Origin: an uncultured virus (IMG/VR IMGVR_UViG_3300026518_000010)
Taxonomy: Duplodnaviria > Heunggongvirae > Uroviricota > Caudoviricetes
IMG/VR virus record: IMGVR_UViG_3300026518_000010
Direction: 5' to 3' (one strand)
DNA: 64,000 bases
A program made the position numbers and the translations under genes. Positions 37,503 through 48,103 of the stretch are shown here, in pieces. Under the pieces are notes generated by a model that worked only from the letters and a program-made list of their open reading frames with translations, was not told the DNA's origin and searched no databases. Position 1 is the stretch's first letter; each line of letters begins with the position of its first letter.

Positions 37503-40500
37503 TTAAATATCATTATGTAGTAATCCTGTTATTGGCGCATACATAACTTTTGTTCCTATTAAGCATAATTTGCTATTACCATCAACTCTTCTAATAACAG
37601 CACTATTATTATAAAAAGCAATAGGACTACTAGTATATCCAACAAAATTAATTAATAATGCTGCTCCAAAATAATCACCTAAATGGAACATAGCTTTAAT
37701 TTTATTAGTATTTTGGTTAAGACCAGATGTAGAACTAAGTAAATTAGCACCATATCTTAATCTAGTACCAGTAAAATTATAAACTTTTTCATCTGCAATA
37801 ACTATATTTGTATTTATATTACCACCAGTAGCCATACTATGCGGAGTTTTAATGTAGAACATAAATACCCAATAATCATCTATTTTAGCATCATAATCAT
37901 TGCTAAGTACAGGATTGATGTATATATAACCTTTATTATTATCTATATAATGTCCTACTTTGTTACCATTTTTTAAACTATCATAATCTACAACTCCTGG
38001 TATTTTTTTCCATTCTTTAGTTAAACTGTTATATGCTAATGCTTCAACTGTAATATTTGAATCATTCGTGATGCTAGTAGGGAATAATCCTTTTAATACA
38101 AACCCTTGTCCAAATCTATTATGTTTTAAATAAGGCAATTGCGTATCTTGTAGCGTATTTAAAACTGGTATACCATCGACACCAACTTTTTTCCATACTT
38201 CAGGATAACCACCTTTGTCTATATCAGAATAATTGCATAATTCTTTCCATTTATTTGTGTCTGTATAATTTTCTTTATCAGGATTAATATTAACAACACC
38301 TCTATATGTTAATGATCTATATACTTTATTTTTATCTACTGCTATACATGTCCCTTCAAATACATAGATATTCTCATCTTTACCTTTTGTAGCATCAGCC
38401 TCAATTCTTTCTCTAATAGATCTAGGATCACCATAAATAAATGGTATAACATCATAATTAAATGTTTTAGTGTCTCTATTTACAACACCACTAATTTCTA
38501 CCACTTTCTCACTATTATCAATATGTACACTTCTACCCATTTCATTTATATAACTAGCTCCATATGTGTACCAAGTACCTTTATAAGAACCATGGATATG
38601 ATATCTTTGAGAATCTGGTGAACTTAATTGTGTAAATGCGTTTACTTTATTGTTCCCTTTATTTTTTATTAATACTGTACCTATACTATATGTTCTACTA
38701 AATGCTGAGTCTCTTATAGAATTAAAATCTTCAGTAATTGCGTTATTATTATAACTACCAATAATTGATGTATAAGTTAATTTTTTACTTATAATAGTTG
38801 AAGCCACTCTATCGTTTGTCTTACCAGCTTTTTTAACTTCTAATACTTTTCTAAAATAAGGCATATATCCACCACCAATAGACTCACCATTAGTTAATTT
38901 ATTAACAATATTTCTTATAGTTGTAGTTGTTATATCACCAGAAATAGGTCTTAAATCCCTAATAGACATAACTCCTAATGCATCGTAATATACTCCATAT
39001 TTAGAATGTGCTACTTTTGTTCTTTTTTGACCAGATCTACTAACAGTATCTTTATTACTAACAGCTACAATATTACCATTTCCATCAAAACCAGCAATTA
39101 AATCTGTATTAAAACAATCTTCTATAGAAGAAATATAATTTTCATCTACTTCGTACCATTTTTTAATTTCACCAGAATAATATATCGCTGCTGTTCCTTC
39201 TGGGTTAAACACAGGGTGATAAACTCCTTTATTCATTTGTACAAACTCTGCTAAAGGAATTCCTACTCCTGAACCTGTAGCTCCTAAATAAGGTCTCATT
39301 AATAACACAATAGCTTCATCACCAACTTCAATATCAATATCTTTATTAAGAATAAGCTCATTTCCATTATAGTTTATATTTCTAATATTTACAATAGTAA
39401 CAGACCCGTCTTGTTTCTTAATAAGAATAGAATATACTTGATTCTGAATTTGTGTTAAATTTACTTCTTCACCATTAGGAGTCTCTAAAGTAACATAAAA
39501 AACTGAAGAAGTTCTTACATTTTTAACAATACCTGTAATTAATCCTTTAGGAGTAAAACTTGCTAAATCGCCATTATTTCCTAATTGACTAGTAGCTAAA
39601 TAAGCACTAACTGGCATACTAATAATTCTAACTCTTTGAATAAATTGTTGTAATTTTCCATTATGATATCTTAAATTATTAAATTTAAAACTAATAACAT
39701 TATCTAATTGTTCTTCTGTAAGATTAGATACTTTCCAACCTTCAGGAATATAATTTATTACTTCACCATAACCAACAAATGACTCCCATCCTTCGAAATC
39801 AACTTTACTAATACCACTAGGTCTATTTAATATAGCGTCAGCATTATGTAAATAATCAACTACACCGAATGGGAAAATAAATCCTGTTTTATCTACATCA
39901 TGCCAAAAACCTTCTGTATACATAAATTTATGATTACTTAATCCATCTGTAGCTGCTAATTTATGAACATGGTTAACAATATCTATACCTTTAGGTATAT
40001 CAGCTTTTACCCTAGCAATAACTTTATCTACTAATTTAATTGTTACATTCTCGATAACAATTTCACCATTTTTATCATAAACACCACCAATTAATAATCT
40101 ATTTGGAGCTGCTTTTTCTGGTTTAGAAATGATTCTAACATAATATTCATCTGTGCTTTCGTCATAATTAATTACATATTGACCAGATTGAATTTGTCTA
40201 TTAGTACTAATATTTCTATCTTTATCTTCAAAAACTATAGGCGTAATATTATAGTCTTCTTCACTTCTTAGCCAAACTTGTTGTATTCTATTAGATGCTT
40301 TAATTCTAATTTCATACTCAGCACCAGGTATTAATTTAATATTAGTTTTTGTTTCAAGTATAGGAATTAGATTACTTCCTTTAATTTTTACTGCTTTTTT
40401 ATCTGATAAATAACTTAATGTACCATGACCATTTCTAGCGTACCATCCGTCACTATCTTTATCGAAACTACCATTAATTACCCATTCTCTACTTGTATCG

Positions 40501-41297
40501 TCGATTAATACTAAATTATCTTTCTTTAATTCTTTGTCAGTATCTTTAGTATTTTTAATAACAATTAAATCTGGACCTGTCCCTGTTAAATATTTATATT
40601 TCATTGTACTAGGTCTAACAGCTAATTGGCCAGCGTAACTTAATAATTCATAGTTATCACCATTATGTTCAGTAGTTAAATATCCTATCACTTCTTCATC
40701 ACTAGCCATACCAGGTCTTCTAGCAATAATAGCTTTTTTTTGTAAAGAGCTAACTAAAAATCCACCATCTTCACGTTGTAAATAAATAGTATCTACAACC
40801 CCAACAGGATATCTTACATTATTACCAATTTTTTGGATTAAATCACTATTATTTAAAGCTTTAACTCTTTTACTTAAATTTTCAGCTTGTTTATTAACAT
40901 CATTAATTTCTTTATCAATTTTCTTATTAGTATTACTAATTGAAGTTTCAAGAGTATTAAAATTACTATCTACTTTTTTATTTAAACTGTTAATTTTACC
41001 TTGTAAATCATTTACGTGGTCATCAATTGTTTTATTAATAGCTGCTTTAATAGCATCTACTTCTACACTTTTATAATAATTTTTAAGTTCTTTAGATAAC
41101 TCGTCTGGAGTTATTGCTGTATCTTGTAATTGTTTAATAGCTGAACCTAAATTTGGTAATTTAATATTTTTAACACTACCATCTTCATCCATATAAATCC
41201 ACTCTACTTGTTTAGCATTTTTACTATCTAAAAAATCACCAAGTACTTGTGATATATTAATAATATTATTACTAATCGCTTCCCAGTTTAAAGCCAT
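37503..41297 (-). CDS. Large tail fibre protein
   Basis: 1264 aa; anchor N-terminus shared with 33228-34091, coiled coil, CBM-like INGSFDKDSDGW domain, NKGVYHPVFNPEGT motif. Confidence 0.72.
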   Translation of the reverse strand: MALNWEAISNNIINISQVLGDFLDSKNAKQVEWIYMDEDGSVKNIKLPNLGSAIKQLQDTAITPDELSKELKNYYKSVEVDAIKAAINKTIDDHVNDLQGKINSLNKKVDSNFNTLETSISNTNKKIDKEINDVNKQAENLSKRVKALNNSDLIQKIGNNVRYPVGVVDTIYLQREDGGFLVSSLQKKAIIARRPGMASDEEVIGYLTTEHNGDNYELLSYAGQLAVRPSTMKYKYLTGTGPDLIVIKNTKDTDKELKKDNLVLIDDTSREWVINGSFDKDSDGWYARNGHGTLSYLSDKKAVKIKGSNLIPILETKTNIKLIPGAEYEIRIKASNRIQQVWLRSEEDYNITPIVFEDKDRNISTNRQIQSGQYVINYDESTDEYYVRIISKPEKAAPNRLLIGGVYDKNGEIVIENVTIKLVDKVIARVKADIPKGIDIVNHVHKLAATDGLSNHKFMYTEGFWHDVDKTGFIFPFGVVDYLHNADAILNRPSGISKVDFEGWESFVGYGEVINYIPEGWKVSNLTEEQLDNVISFKFNNLRYHNGKLQQFIQRVRIISMPVSAYLATSQLGNNGDLASFTPKGLITGIVKNVRTSSVFYVTLETPNGEEVNLTQIQNQVYSILIKKQDGSVTIVNIRNINYNGNELILNKDIDIEVGDEAIVLLMRPYLGATGSGVGIPLAEFVQMNKGVYHPVFNPEGTAAIYYSGEIKKWYEVDENYISSIEDCFNTDLIAGFDGNGNIVAVSNKDTVSRSGQKRTKVAHSKYGVYYDALGVMSIRDLRPISGDITTTTIRNIVNKLTNGESIGGGYMPYFRKVLEVKKAGKTNDRVASTIISKKLTYTSIIGSYNNNAITEDFNSIRDSAFSRTYSIGTVLIKNKGNNKVNAFTQLSSPDSQRYHIHGSYKGTWYTYGASYINEMGRSVHIDNSEKVVEISGVVNRDTKTFNYDVIPFIYGDPRSIRERIEADATKGKDENIYVFEGTCIAVDKNKVYRSLTYRGVVNINPDKENYTDTNKWKELCNYSDIDKGGYPEVWKKVGVDGIPVLNTLQDTQLPYLKHNRFGQGFVLKGLFPTSITNDSNITVEALAYNSLTKEWKKIPGVVDYDSLKNGNKVGHYIDNNKGYIYINPVLSNDYDAKIDDYWVFMFYIKTPHSMATGGNINTNIVIADEKVYNFTGTRLRYGANLLSSTSGLNQNTNKIKAMFHLGDYFGAALLINFVGYTSSPIAFYNNSAVIRRVDGNSKLCLIGTKVMYAPITGLLHNDI

Positions 41298-41317
41298 TTT
41301 ATTCTCCTTGTTCTTTT

Positions 41318-42211
41318 TTAATTATTGTTCTCACAATCATTTAAATCTTTATTACATTTATTTAGCTTATCTTCTAACGCTCCAACTAATACTGATGCTT
41401 TAGCTAATTCTTTTTTAGTAGCATCCAACTCTTCTTTCATATTACCAATTTCATTTTTTTGTAGTCCTACTAATAAATTAGCTTTTACTAATTTTTCCAT
41501 AAGGTCGTTTACATTAGTCATTTCGTATAACATTTTTCTTAAAGCAGTGTTTGTTTCAAATGCTTTTAAATCTGTTATACCTAATTTATTTAAGTATGCT
41601 GGATCTCTAACTAAATCTGAATTAGTAATAACTCTTAATCTACCATAGTTACTATAAGCATTAGTGTCAGATATATACATAACTTTAATAGTATACATTT
41701 TACCAGGCATTAGAATATTATTAGGTATTCTAATAGATGTTAAATTATATCTATCATTATTTCTACTCCATACTTGGTTACCTCTATCATCTTCAATAAT
41801 CCAAGTTGTAAATTTATGTTTACCGATTCCTGAGAATAATTTAAACTCAGTCGCTTTAACATTAAACCCACCTAAAGGAGTACTTCTTGTATCAAAATCA
41901 ACACTTATTTTAGGTGTAACCACAATAGTGTCATTAAAGTTAAATCCTGTCGCGTGTTTAGTTATTACATTAGGTTTACTCCAATCACTTTCATCACCAT
42001 CTGAAAAGTGAATCTTTGTCCTACTGTAATATAAATCTTCATCATCTAACGATAGAGATACTCTAATTTTTGTTAAATTATCACTATCTTCTAACGATTC
42101 GAAAACTATATTATCATCTTCAAACCCAGGTGTTAGTGATATTTGCCAACTCGTCTTATCGTGTTTGACACCACTACCTGTTTCAATTTTGTCTATTTCT
42201 ATAATAAACAT
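41318..42211 (-). CDS. Virion structural protein, Ig/FN3-like repeats plus C-terminal coiled coil
   Basis: Two repeats of H..T.W.I.....D..NLT..; paralogous to 42249-43127. Confidence 0.6.
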   Translation of the reverse strand: MFIIEIDKIETGSGVKHDKTSWQISLTPGFEDDNIVFESLEDSDNLTKIRVSLSLDDEDLYYSRTKIHFSDGDESDWSKPNVITKHATGFNFNDTIVVTPKISVDFDTRSTPLGGFNVKATEFKLFSGIGKHKFTTWIIEDDRGNQVWSRNNDRYNLTSIRIPNNILMPGKMYTIKVMYISDTNAYSNYGRLRVITNSDLVRDPAYLNKLGITDLKAFETNTALRKMLYEMTNVNDLMEKLVKANLLVGLQKNEIGNMKEELDATKKELAKASVLVGALEDKLNKCNKDLNDCENNN

Positions 42212-42248
42212 AAGTTCTCCTTATAGATATGTAATTCATTTTATTCGA

Positions 42249-43127
42249 TCACAACTTATATTTATTTTTTAACTCAACCACTAAATCGCTAATATTTTTA
42301 TCTGTTATACCAGAAACAGTTAAATTATTAATAACATTAATAACTTTATTTTTTAGTTCTATTATATCATTATTTATATCTTTACCATTTTTATAGTTAT
42401 CTGATATCTCATTTATGTCAGTCATTAATAATCTTATACTATCTACTACTAACGATGAAAAAACACTATCTGCTACAATATTATTTAAAATTTTACTTTT
42501 ATTAAGATAAAATTCTATTAATCTATCAACAACAAGTTCATCGTTATTAACAGTATAATATAAAATAGGTTTTCCATTATTAAGTATAAAATGTATTGGT
42601 GTAACGTTATTACTTATACCACTTTTACTTCTATAAATTAATTCAATAGTATAAATTATACCATTTGAAAATTTATCACTTCTAACAGTAGCACTTGTAT
42701 TATTAATTACAGCATTTAAAACTTTATTATCTCCATCAGTTATTCTTATAATACAGTTATCAAATTCATATATACCATTATATTCACTACCTTTAAAAGT
42801 ATATGATATAATATTACCATTTTTATCTTTATTAGTTATAATATCTACTATTGGTGTAAACACCATGTCATTGCTATCTATTTCTGCTCTCTTAGTTCTT
42901 GAAATTAATAAAGGTCCTAAATTAAATTGTTTATCGTCTTTAATAGCTTCTATAAAAAGATAATAATCATCATTAATATTTAAATCAGTTTCTAATAAAT
43001 AAGTTTCTGATCTATCGTTTTCTTTTTTTAGTACTTCATTTTGTCTATTACTATCTAAGTAAATATACCAATTAATACTACTTACTTTATCTAATCTGCT
43101 TATAATAGTTTTAATATCTATAAACAT
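42249..43127 (-). CDS. Virion structural protein, divergent paralog of 41318-42211
   Basis: Similar N-terminus, TPI.. and YTI...Y.S pattern. Confidence 0.5.
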   Translation of the reverse strand: MFIDIKTIISRLDKVSSINWYIYLDSNRQNEVLKKENDRSETYLLETDLNINDDYYLFIEAIKDDKQFNLGPLLISRTKRAEIDSNDMVFTPIVDIITNKDKNGNIISYTFKGSEYNGIYEFDNCIIRITDGDNKVLNAVINNTSATVRSDKFSNGIIYTIELIYRSKSGISNNVTPIHFILNNGKPILYYTVNNDELVVDRLIEFYLNKSKILNNIVADSVFSSLVVDSIRLLMTDINEISDNYKNGKDINNDIIELKNKVINVINNLTVSGITDKNISDLVVELKNKYKL

Positions 43128-43177
43128 ATTACCTCCTATATTTAAAATTAAATATTTAAAATACGCATTAAAACAAC

Positions 43178-43207
43178 TATCTAAGTAAGTAAATACTTAC
43201 TTAGATA
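43178..43207. terminator. Palindromic terminator
   Basis: TATCTAAGTAAGT/ACTTACTTAGATA overlapping the stop of 43197-43877. Confidence 0.7.
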
Positions 43208-43877
43208 TTAAGTCTAAAAATGTTTTAAGATCATCATCTATAGCTACATTATATACAGACATAGTTCCTAGTGTATTAACTATTCTATATAAATCAAATG
43301 TATCTTTAGATTTTTTATAATCTAACTTATCTTTTTTATTATAATAAGGATCATATACTAAAACATATTTAACTAAATTCTTACCTGTATATGAAGTAAG
43401 AAATGTCATATATGCAGCTTTAATATATTTAATACCTGTAGGTAATTTATCGAAATTGTTTACATAATTAGCAGCATTCTTAATATTCGTATTAGAAGGT
43501 GTCCATACTCTAAAGTCATTTACATCACAGAATTTTTCCCAAGGTTTTATAACATTAACTTTTTTATCATCAAAGCTATCTTTAATTATTGGTAAAAGTT
43601 CATTACTGTTAGTACATAATATTCTAATATTAAAACCTTTATCTTTAAAAATAGAAAATAATTTCTTAAATCTAATTCTAATATCTTCAGGAATAACTTT
43701 ATTATCATATAACATAATAGCTATGTCATTTACCATAACAGCATTATCCATATTTATTTCTTCTTTTTCGGGAGTTTCTTTAAATAAGTTTATTTTTTTC
43801 TCTCTCGGTTTATTGTAACTTTTATTTTGTTGTTTTTGTTCAGTAGTTTTCTGAAACATGTCTCCAAAAACATCCAT
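43197..43877 (-). CDS. Degenerate SLOG/DprA-like protein
   Basis: IPEDI..., IKPWEKF, FDKL, VLVYDP, VYNV spacing matches phage DprA-like proteins but Gly motifs are missing. Confidence 0.5.
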   Translation of the reverse strand: MDVFGDMFQKTTEQKQQNKSYNKPREKKINLFKETPEKEEINMDNAVMVNDIAIMLYDNKVIPEDIRIRFKKLFSIFKDKGFNIRILCTNSNELLPIIKDSFDDKKVNVIKPWEKFCDVNDFRVWTPSNTNIKNAANYVNNFDKLPTGIKYIKAAYMTFLTSYTGKNLVKYVLVYDPYYNKKDKLDYKKSKDTFDLYRIVNTLGTMSVYNVAIDDDLKTFLDLISK

Positions 43878-44060
43878 AATTTCTCCTTAATATCGGTTTA
43901 TAGGCTATTCAATCAATGACTTGTACTACTATTTTAGTTAAATCAATAATTTATACCTTATCACCAAAATGGTACTTAGTTATAAAAGAAAGAAAAAATA
44001 TTTATAATAATTGAGTATATGAAAAAGATATGACGGATTATAAATTAAAAAAGGAAAATT

Positions 44061-45437
44061 ATGAGTAATATAAAAAAAGAAGCAAAATTAGTAACTTATC
44101 TTTCAGAAAAAGAAGTTGGGGAAGACATCCACATTGTAAGAGAAAAAGTAATTGATGGAGATGATTTCCATTATGATATTAAAATTATAAAAGACTTTAA
44201 AAGACCATTCTGGATTACTAAACCTTTCTTTAGAAACCATAAAGATAAAAAAGAAGCTGAAGATATGGAAAATACAGATATGTTTAAAGCTACTCAAAGC
44301 ACATTAACTAAAGAAGCCGCTATTAGATTAGGAGAAACATTTGCAGCTATGAAAAATCCAGGTATAATAAAAAATAGTCCTTATATATATGGTCTGGATG
44401 TAGATGCAAGAACTATACTTAAATATAAATATCTTAAAAAATACGATACTATTACACCTAATAGATATGCAGCACTGGATATTGAAAAGAATATATTAAC
44501 AGATGAAATAATAGTAATAAGTTTAGCTAGCGATTATGGAACATATGTAGGGATACTAAGTAAACTAATATGGAAAGAAAAAGAACCATTAACAAAACTA
44601 CAACAAATGTATGAAGAATATATACCAGATGTAGAAGTAAAAAGAAAATCTCCAATAGAATTTAAAATATTTCCTGATGAATTAGGTATGTTAAAATGGA
44701 TATTTAAAAAAGCCAATGATTTAAATGTAGACTTAATAGGTGTATGGAATATTAAATACGATATACCTGAAATAATGGATACATTAAGTAAATATGGAGT
44801 TAAGATAGAAGATATAGCTCATTATGATAAAATACCATCTAAGTATAAATATTTTAAATTTATAGAGGGACAGTCAGTTAAGAAAACTGCTAGTGGTAAA
44901 GCTGTACCTAGAGCTCCTGAAGAAATATGGAATATAGTTAAAAGTTCTACTAATTATTATTTAATAGATGCTATGTCTACTCATAGGTATGTTAGAACTG
45001 GTGGAGCTATGGTAAGTGGCGGTTACAGTTTAGATAACATATTAAAAGAAGAAGGAGTAGCACAAAAATTAAAGTTTGATACAGGTGGAGTTAACCAAGG
45101 AGCAGAATGGCATATTTATATGGTTAAAAACAAACCATTAGAATATATCATATATAATGTTTGGGATACTATGTCTATGATAGAATTAGATAGAAAAACA
45201 GAAGATATGAGAATATCTTTAGATCTATTATTAGGCGTTAGTCATTATGATGTATTTAATAGTGGACCTAAAAGAATAATAGATGCGTTATTCTTCTTCT
45301 ATTTAAAACATAAAAAAGTGTTAGGTACAAAACCTACTAAAATGGATGATGATAAAGTATTAGGTTTAGATAACTGGATTATAACATTACCAGGTTATAG
45401 AATTATGGATAATGGATTACCATTATTATACGAATAA
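44061..45437 (+). CDS. Family B DNA polymerase N-terminal part, 3'-5' exonuclease (phiKZ gp82-like)
   Basis: ExoI ALDIE, ExoII WNIKYD, IDAM, YSLDNIL, ExoIII YNVWD. Confidence 0.85.
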   Translation: MSNIKKEAKLVTYLSEKEVGEDIHIVREKVIDGDDFHYDIKIIKDFKRPFWITKPFFRNHKDKKEAEDMENTDMFKATQSTLTKEAAIRLGETFAAMKNPGIIKNSPYIYGLDVDARTILKYKYLKKYDTITPNRYAALDIEKNILTDEIIVISLASDYGTYVGILSKLIWKEKEPLTKLQQMYEEYIPDVEVKRKSPIEFKIFPDELGMLKWIFKKANDLNVDLIGVWNIKYDIPEIMDTLSKYGVKIEDIAHYDKIPSKYKYFKFIEGQSVKKTASGKAVPRAPEEIWNIVKSSTNYYLIDAMSTHRYVRTGGAMVSGGYSLDNILKEEGVAQKLKFDTGGVNQGAEWHIYMVKNKPLEYIIYNVWDTMSMIELDRKTEDMRISLDLLLGVSHYDVFNSGPKRIIDALFFFYLKHKKVLGTKPTKMDDDKVLGLDNWIITLPGYRIMDNGLPLLYE

Positions 45438-45451
45438 AAAAAGGAGTAAAT

Positions 45452-45715
45452 ATGAAAAAACCAATAATAAGAACAAACATAAGAACACACGTAGCAGATA
45501 GTGATGCAGTAAGTTCATATCCTAGCGATATAGCTGCTGCTAATGTTAGTAAAGATACTACTCATAGAGAAATAATGGCTGTAGAAGGTAAGACTAAAAA
45601 TAAATTTAAAATAGAAAATATTAATTTAATGTTTGGACCAATTAATGCTATACAATATTGTGTAGAAATGTTTAATATGCCTACATTAGAAGAATTAGAA
45701 TCTGTTATAAAATAA
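45452..45715 (+). CDS. Family B DNA polymerase fragment carrying motif A
   Basis: VADSDAVSSYPS...ANVSKDT equals PolB DxxSxYPS; own AAGGAG RBS. Confidence 0.75.
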   Translation: MKKPIIRTNIRTHVADSDAVSSYPSDIAAANVSKDTTHREIMAVEGKTKNKFKIENINLMFGPINAIQYCVEMFNMPTLEELESVIK

Positions 45716-45741
45716 AAAAAAATAGTGTAGTAAAGACTACG

Positions 45742-46554
45742 CTATTTATTACATGTTTTTATTATGTATTTAACATAACTAAATATATCTTTATTACATT
45801 CGTCAACATTAGATATTTTTTTAAACTTGTAATTCAAGTATTTTACTCTATTACCTGGAATATCAATTTTATTATATAAAACAATATCTCCTATATCATT
45901 ATCTAGTGTATCTTTAGATAAATCAAAAGGACTAAGTTCTAATGTTACTGGGTCTAACTCGTAATAATAATCCACGGCATTAATACTCTTTTTTAAAGTT
46001 AAAATAGGCCCAACTTCTTTATAAGGTTTATTATAAACATCATATTTAACTTTAACTTTTGAAACAATATCAATTATTTTAAACCTTTCGTTATTGTCTA
46101 ATTCTAGTTTTATATTTCTACTATAATACTTATTATAAAAATATAAACAAGTTTTTATCTTATTTACTACATTAGAACCCATATCCTCTTCACTTGCTAC
46201 TGAAAATGTACGCTCACCAGATCTATCACTAAAATACTCATCTACTATAGTTGGGTAATGCTTAATAATTTTATTAAAACCTAATAATTTTTTTAATCTT
46301 TTCGCTCCATTTGGATTTTTAACAAAATAACTTTTTACATAGTCACACCTAGCACAAAATCCATTATTTATATCATAAGTACTCAATGTCGTGTAAGGCA
46401 TGTCTATTTTTATAACGAATACGTTAGGTATTTTTTTACATTCTATGGCTTCTTCTAATTCGTCAATTATAGTCTCTCCTATTTTTGTAAACCTAACAGC
46501 TTTTTTAAAATTAATGATGTCGTTAATTTTAAATTTTAATAAATTAATTTCCAT
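45742..46554 (-). CDS. Hypothetical protein
   Basis: 270 aa, CxxC; preceded by CTAAAATGC (46580-46588). Confidence 0.7.
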   Translation of the reverse strand: MEINLLKFKINDIINFKKAVRFTKIGETIIDELEEAIECKKIPNVFVIKIDMPYTTLSTYDINNGFCARCDYVKSYFVKNPNGAKRLKKLLGFNKIIKHYPTIVDEYFSDRSGERTFSVASEEDMGSNVVNKIKTCLYFYNKYYSRNIKLELDNNERFKIIDIVSKVKVKYDVYNKPYKEVGPILTLKKSINAVDYYYELDPVTLELSPFDLSKDTLDNDIGDIVLYNKIDIPGNRVKYLNYKFKKISNVDECNKDIFSYVKYIIKTCNK

Positions 46555-46645
46555 TGCCTTCTCCTTTAATTTGTTTTTTGCATTTTAGAAATATAATATT
46601 ATATAAAATTAAAAAATAAAAGTAAGTAGAATATCTACTTACTTT

Positions 46646-47365
46646 TTATAACCGTTCACATTTAGAATAATCAGCTTTATACCATTCTTTTTTGCAATCT
46701 TCAGTTTTACATTTTATAAATTTACCATCAACAATTTTACCTTTTCTACTATTAATCTCTTTTGCTGCTTCTACTAAAACTTCTTTAGGATTATATTTTA
46801 GTTTATCAATAGCTCCTGTACTAAAAATATTAATATCTGCAAAATCATCAATTAACTCTACTCCTTTATGAGCATTAGTAAAATCTAAAGTATTAACAAA
46901 TTCTTCTGCTTTCTTTCTAGCTTCAGATGACTCTAATCCAGTCATTTCGTATACTTCTTCTATTATGTTTAAAATCTCTACTTTTAAATTAAATTCTTGT
47001 CTAGATAAGCCGTTAGCTAAATTAAATAATCTAATAGAAGTATACGGGTCTACATCTTTATCAATAGGAATTGTAACATATTTAACTTCTTTAACTAATA
47101 CCATAAGATAATCTGTTAATTGATTTAATAAATTTATATTTTCTAAAAACATATAAATAAAATTCTTATTATTAAAAAACCCTATAATTTTATTATTAGT
47201 ATCTACATAAATACTTTTAATATTGTCTTTATCTATGCTACTTATAAAATCAGTTTCTATGCTACCTGTAGTAGTTATTAAATTACCATTATCGAAATAA
47301 CTATATCCCCAATGATACTCTATAAAATTGTTTACTCCGTCTAAATTTAAAACTTCATTACTCAT
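46646..47365 (-). CDS. Hypothetical protein
   Basis: 239 aa, AAGGAG RBS. Confidence 0.7.
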   Translation of the reverse strand: MSNEVLNLDGVNNFIEYHWGYSYFDNGNLITTTGSIETDFISSIDKDNIKSIYVDTNNKIIGFFNNKNFIYMFLENINLLNQLTDYLMVLVKEVKYVTIPIDKDVDPYTSIRLFNLANGLSRQEFNLKVEILNIIEEVYEMTGLESSEARKKAEEFVNTLDFTNAHKGVELIDDFADINIFSTGAIDKLKYNPKEVLVEAAKEINSRKGKIVDGKFIKCKTEDCKKEWYKADYSKCERL

Positions 47366-47434
47366 TACTTCTCCTTAGTGTTAATTTTTAAGCATAAAAT
47401 AAATAACAAATAAAAAAAGAAACAAGAGAAGGGC

Positions 47435-48025
47435 TTAAGCTCTTTTATCAAATCTGAAATTCTTAACTCGTTCTCTCGCTTCCTTTAAATTTTTAGGAGG
47501 GTTTTGTTCTCCTCTTCTTTCAAAAGTCCCTCCTTTTTTTATTCCTTTCTCAGGAGTTTTTTCTTTAGGAGTTTCGTCTTCGACTACTTCTCCTAAGCCG
47601 TCAAGAAGAGCATCCATTTCTTCTTGACTTACTAGATCCCTTGCCGATCTAGTTTTTTCTATTTTTGTTTTACAAGGAGTTTGTTTCTCCTTTTTAATTT
47701 CTTTTAAATGGAGATCATAAAGATCCTCCATTAAGAACTTATTAACTTCAAGTTCTTTAGATAATCTCTCATTCTCTAATCTCAGAGTCTCTTCAGACTC
47801 TTTAACTACCTTATAGCTAGTCCATAATCTAGAGTGTCTAAACTCTAGACTTTCAAACTGGATAGACTTATCGTCTAACTCAACTTTTAATTTTTTTATC
47901 TCAGCTTCGGCTTTAGCTCTTGCTTGAGCCTCAGCTTTTACTAATTGTAGAAGAGCTTTATCTCCTACAACCACTACCTCTTTTTGAGGTAAAAATAAAC
48001 TTTTTATCCAGTCTAAAAATTTCAT
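47435..48025 (-). CDS. Coiled-coil protein with FliM/CheZ-like SQEEMDALL peptide
   Basis: Amphipathic N-terminus, long coiled coil, LVSQEEMDALLDGLG at about 47588-47638. Confidence 0.65.
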   Translation of the reverse strand: MKFLDWIKSLFLPQKEVVVVGDKALLQLVKAEAQARAKAEAEIKKLKVELDDKSIQFESLEFRHSRLWTSYKVVKESEETLRLENERLSKELEVNKFLMEDLYDLHLKEIKKEKQTPCKTKIEKTRSARDLVSQEEMDALLDGLGEVVEDETPKEKTPEKGIKKGGTFERRGEQNPPKNLKEARERVKNFRFDKRA

Positions 48026-48103
48026 ATTTGCTCCTTTAGTTTTTTAATGAATTTTTTATTCTATTTTAGTAACATATAAATAAAAAAAGATAAAAGACAA
48101 GGG

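Noticed and set aside
28332..41297. Diversity-generating retroelement or invertible fibre switch
   Set aside because: No reverse transcriptase or invertase, and no near-identical nucleotide repeats seen; paralogy is only at divergent protein level.
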